From IMG/VR virus record IMGVR_UViG_3300042691_041392: a stretch of DNA of 64,000 nt. The stretch is one strand, 5' to 3'. Both the position numbers and the translations under genes were made by a program. A model generated the notes under the pieces. It was not told the DNA's origin and ran no database searches. It saw only the letters and a list, made by a program, of their open reading frames with translations. Shown in pieces: positions 60,795 to 64,000 of the stretch (position 1 is the stretch's first letter; each line of letters begins with the position of its first letter). This DNA comes from a virus.

Positions 60795-61144
60795 AATAAG
60801 TCAGGTATATTTTCTTCTAAAAATTTTTTAATTTCTTTTAATTTATTTAATGATGTATTAACATCTAATTGGATTCTCCACTTCTTTACCTCATCATCAA
60901 CATTAATAGGCATTTCCTCAACAACTAAATTCAACTCTTGATCGTTAACCGGCTCGAATAACAATTCATCATCAGATTTTAAGTTTAACATATTATCAAA
61001 AGTCATAAAATGATCTGATCCATTAACCCCAGTTATATGATAATTACCCGACTCATCTGGTGTGAAGATGTGACCTTTATCATAGATTTTAACTTTGTCT
61101 AAAAAATCATTGATAAACCAATCTTTTTTTAATCGAAATTTCAT
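60791..61144 (-). CDS. Hypothetical protein
   Basis: ORF coupled to the aminotransferase. Confidence 0.55.
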   Translation of the reverse strand: MKFRLKKDWFINDFLDKVKIYDKGHIFTPDESGNYHITGVNGSDHFMTFDNMLNLKSDDELLFEPVNDQELNLVVEEMPINVDDEVKKWRIQLDVNTSLNKLKEIKKFLEENIPDLL

Positions 61145-61162
61145 ACTGATTATATATTTTTT

Positions 61163-62035
61163 TCACAAAAATAGTTTATTAAAATCATTTTCCCAAATAG
61201 AGATAATATTAAAACCCATCTTAACTAGATTATTTTCTTTATTTAATGTTTTTTTATATAATTCACCAAATGTCTTTTTCAAAACATTATTATAATCATT
61301 TTGTTTAAAAACATCTGGATTGCCATGCCAAAAATCACCATTGAATTCATAAACAGTTTTAGTTTCAGGATCATATCCATCAACTATATACTCACCTATT
61401 CTAACTTGTCTCTCTGATATATTTAGAGAATCTAACCATTTATTTTCCTTTACACCAAAATTATCACCACATTCCGGACAACCTTGACCAAATAAATGAT
61501 TTTTAGCTCTTTGTTCAAATGAATCATGATGTTTGCAAATTATTAATATTTTTGACCTTAAATTTTTATACCGAACCAAACTATAATCATATTTATAGTT
61601 ATGCACCAAATTACATCTTTCGATAAAATAGTCTTGACTTAATCTATTTTTTTCAGTGGCACAAAAAGAACAACCTTTACCACTTAGATGATTAGTTGGT
61701 GATTGGTTAAAATCACCGTGTATTCTACAAGTTATTACAACATTTTTATGAGATCCAGTATATATTGTATTTTTGTATAAATATTTATCACCATGTACTT
61801 TCTTAGATAGTTCTATAAATTTATCAGAATCATATTTTTTAGATTTTTTACAAAAATAACAACCTCGCCCTCTGAGATGATTAGATGCTCTTTGTTCAAA
61901 AGGTCTATGTATCATACAATTAATAATAATCTTTTCAGATGATTTAGTATAATTAACTAAAGAATAGTCATATTTATCACCATGTATTTTTATAGATTCT
62001 CTTATAAAATCATTATTATCGAATTTAACACTCAT
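61163..62035 (-). mobile_element. Homing-endonuclease-like protein: three Zn-binding repeats plus PD-(D/E)xK/Vsr-like nuclease
   Basis: Three H..KY.Y....Y......I.C..H..F.Q...NHL.G.GC..C repeats; VDGY...EFNGDFWHG...IWE. Confidence 0.8.
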
Positions 62036-62174
62036 TATTTTTAATAATTTTTACCTCATGATAGATATATCTACCGGATGGTAAAATCTCAACTTCTATC
62101 CATCCTCTTTTAACCCAATTACTCAATGTATTTCTAGTAATTTTATATTTCTCCATTATTTCTTTAGCTTTCAT
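62025..62174 (-). CDS. Small MerR-like/IS607-TnpA-like HTH protein (49 aa), not in ORF track
   Basis: MKAKEIMEKYKITRNTLSNWVKRGWIEVEILPSGRYIYHEVKIIKNNEC*. Confidence 0.7.
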   Translation of the reverse strand: MKAKEIMEKYKITRNTLSNWVKRGWIEVEILPSGRYIYHEVKIIKNNEC

Positions 62175-62259
62175 AATGTATATATTAAAATATTTTTACT
62201 CTTTTTGTATATTTTTAAACATTTTTGTATATATTTGTTAAATAAATTAAAATATAAAC

Positions 62260-63345
62260 ATGAAAATAAACGAAGATTTTTTAAAAGATTATCTAAATTC
62301 AAATGGTCCTGTTGGCTTTGAGTATGAACTCGATGGTTGTGAAAAAACTACACAAAAATTATGGATGGAGTATATCTCAAAATATGTTGATAAAGTAGAG
62401 ATTGATAACTACGGAACTGCTTATGGTATTACTGGTAATTTGGATTCTGATTTCAAAGTTGTAATTGAAAGCCATTGCGACGAAATCAGTTGGTTTGTTA
62501 AACACATTGATTCTAAAGGTTACATCAAAGTAATCAGAAATGGTGGTTCAGATTCTCAAATAGCACCATCAATGAGAGTTACCCTATGGGGTGATAATGG
62601 TCCAGTTGAAGGTATTTTTGGACACCCAGCAATTCATATTTCTTATCGTAAAAAAGAAGTAGATTTAGATTCTATCTTCATCGATGTTGGTGCATCTTCT
62701 AAACAAGATGTTTTAGATATGGGTATTAATATTGGTACAGTAGCAACATTCACTGATGGGTTTATGAAGTTAGGAAAAGACTACTATACAGGTAGAGCAT
62801 TAGACAACCGTATTGGTGGGTTTATGATTGCTGAAGTTGCTCGTAGATTAAAAGAGAAGGGTAAAGAATTACCATTCAAACTTTATATCGTGAACTCTGT
62901 TCAAGAAGAAGTTGGTTTATGTGGAGCTTCTATGATTACAGAAACTATTAAACCAAACGTAGCAATCATCACCGATGTTTGTCACGAAACATCAGCACCT
63001 TGTTACAACGCATCTAAAGAAGGTGAAAATGTAGCTGGTAAAGGTGGTGTTATTACAAGAGCCCCAGCTGTACATAACAAATTAAGAAAGTTAGTATTGG
63101 ATGTAGCAACTAAAAAAGAAATTCCTTTCCAATTAGCGGCTTCTTCAAGATCAACTGGTACCGATACAGATGCTTTCGCATTCTCAAATGGTGGTGTACC
63201 ATCAGTATTGATTTCAATGCCATTGAAATACATGCACACAACGGTTGAAACTTGTCACAAAGATGATGTTAAAAATGTTATTAAGTTGATTTATCATACT
63301 TTATTAAACATTGAAGAAAATCATAATTTTAAATACAATGCTTAA
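62260..63345 (+). CDS. M42 family (TET) metallo-aminopeptidase
   Basis: SHCDEI, NGGSD, RALDNR.G, VQEEVG, TDV.H, TGTD.D, YMHT. Confidence 0.9.
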   Translation: MKINEDFLKDYLNSNGPVGFEYELDGCEKTTQKLWMEYISKYVDKVEIDNYGTAYGITGNLDSDFKVVIESHCDEISWFVKHIDSKGYIKVIRNGGSDSQIAPSMRVTLWGDNGPVEGIFGHPAIHISYRKKEVDLDSIFIDVGASSKQDVLDMGINIGTVATFTDGFMKLGKDYYTGRALDNRIGGFMIAEVARRLKEKGKELPFKLYIVNSVQEEVGLCGASMITETIKPNVAIITDVCHETSAPCYNASKEGENVAGKGGVITRAPAVHNKLRKLVLDVATKKEIPFQLAASSRSTGTDTDAFAFSNGGVPSVLISMPLKYMHTTVETCHKDDVKNVIKLIYHTLLNIEENHNFKYNA

Positions 63346-63378
63346 TTAAAAGAAAAACCTCTCATTTGAGAGGTTTTT

Positions 63379-63615
63379 TTATTTATTTCTTTTTTCTACA
63401 TCCTTTTCAAGAGCAGCATACATTCTTTCCAATTCAGTATCATCCATTTCTTCCAAATCATCATCTTCAAAACCAGATATAACTTCTAGTGGCTCTTCCA
63501 TTTCCTCTCTATCCAATTCATCATTATTAGATTTAACATCATCTAGATAAGGAAATTTATCTTCTGGATGTGGATTAAAGTTTTTAAATTCTTTTAAATA
63601 ACTTAACTTCTTCAT
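63379..63615 (-). CDS. Small acidic protein with YLKEFKNF tag
   Basis: ORF coupled by TAATG overlap. Confidence 0.55.
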   Translation of the reverse strand: MKKLSYLKEFKNFNPHPEDKFPYLDDVKSNNDELDREEMEEPLEVISGFEDDDLEEMDDTELERMYAALEKDVEKRNK

Positions 63616-64000
63616 TATTTTCTTTTCTTTTTTCTAGCTTTAGCCGCCTTTGCTTTAGCCCATAACGCAGCATCGGCTTTACGAGCACCACCAGCACCCG
63701 TAATAAATGAGTTTACTCTACCCATTCCCCATTGATGTTGAGCAACACCTGGTCTATGACCAGCATTCCAAGCTTGCATTCCTTTAGCAAAAACTTTTCT
63801 TAAAATACCCATTGGTATTCCAGAGGCTTTTGATTTCTTTTTCAAAGAAGCAGTAACTCCTGATTTTTTAGATTCTTCTAATTCCTCTAACTCGTCTGGA
63901 TAATTACACTCAGGACATCCACACTCACAGTCTTTTTCACCGGTACACACTGGACAACATCCACATCCTTCATAAGAATAAGGATCATATTCTTCTTCAT
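63615..64000 (-). CDS. DUF5824-like basic domain protein preceded by a Cys-rich cluster; 5' end lies outside the window
   Basis: Frame open to the window edge: EEEYDPYSYEGCGCCPVCTGEKDCECGCPEC...LKKKSKASGIP..IL..V...G..AW..GHRPG....QW...RVNSF. Confidence 0.65.
   Translation of the reverse strand, partial: EEEYDPYSYEGCGCCPVCTGEKDCECGCPECNYPDELEELEESKKSGVTASLKKKSKASGIPMGILRKVFAKGMQAWNAGHRPGVAQHQWGMGRVNSFITGAGGARKADAALWAKAKAAKARKKKRK

Larger units (their letters stand above)
1991..62187. promoter_or_regulatory. Family of putative phage late promoters, consensus TAATATATA (variants WWATATATA), more than 30 dispersed copies
   Basis: Plus strand: 5461, 12933, 17087, 19263, 22538, 26714, 33633, 45747, 50143, 54526, 56384, 57240. 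Minus strand: 1991, 3382, 4438, 6727, 7895, 8855, 9806, 12889, 14843, 28658, 32339, 33597, 45722, 48870, 52910, 54499, 62179. Each is oriented towards a nearby ATG. Confidence 0.75.

Noticed and set aside
62025-62174. Complete IS607 element
   Set aside because: No serine-recombinase catalytic domain and no TnpB/RuvC gene
2780-63239. Other short nested or antisense ORFs in the track (for example 2780, 3388, 9435, 10158, 10801, 11651, 13119, 18805, 20714, 22733, 23642, 25569, 26414, 27786, 28752, 31700, 31839, 37474, 41316, 46247, 54061, 55890, 57848, 57994, 61095, 63003)
   Set aside because: They overlap well-supported genes, lack promoter or start context and show no recognisable motifs
1-64000. 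Stop-codon reassignment as seen in some jumbo phages
   Set aside because: Core genes are full length in the standard code, and TAG and TGA end genes at sensible positions (for example 1561, 22516, 56747, 28694)
1-64000. tRNA, rRNA, reverse transcriptase, retron or DGR
   Set aside because: No cloverleaf or T-loop signatures seen in the short intergenic gaps and no RT motifs in any ORF; checked by eye only, so tRNAscan-SE and Infernal would be decisive
1-64000. Bacterial chromosome or eukaryotic giant virus origin
   Set aside because: T4-like terminase, sheath, tube, gp55-like sigma and endolysin, together with bacterial-type promoters and terminators, indicate a tailed phage

Overview
A 64-kb slice of a very AT-rich, densely coding jumbo myophage with a T4-like core, read in the standard genetic code. 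Recognisable core genes are head-completion nuclease (gp4-like), late sigma factor (gp55-like), tail terminator (gp15-like), clamp loader, gp25-like wedge protein, large and small terminase, a 1344-aa tail sheath, hub/tail-assembly chaperones, tail tube, gp47/SbcD, a 1920-aa baseplate protein, a tape-measure candidate, a UvsY-like protein, a GH19 endolysin and a spanin-like pair. The host is probably Bacteroidota (Flavobacterium-like): there are TTTG-N18-22-TAnnTTTG promoters, no obvious Shine-Dalgarno sequences, and Bacteroidota-type ClpS, M42 peptidase and DUF6576-like modules. Structural genes are scattered on both strands. Most have their own TAATATATA-type putative late promoter and are separated by bidirectional hairpin terminators. 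Seven free-standing homing-endonuclease-like genes and one remnant are interspersed. The most notable pattern is two apparent peptide address labels shared by unrelated proteins. The first is an N-terminal (sometimes internal or C-terminal) [KR]-x-[FY]-[ED]-x-[FY]..E tag on about 15 mostly late-promoter proteins, resembling the T4 capsid-targeting sequence. The second is a C-terminal R-[DE]-x-K-[ILM]-x-x-[IL]-[LI] tag on a different set of small proteins. Also seen are a candidate sRNA, a likely tail-chaperone frameshift, an 85-aa terminase insertion, a deletion scar and several small genes missed by the ORF track. All family assignments come from motif recognition by eye; no database searches were run.
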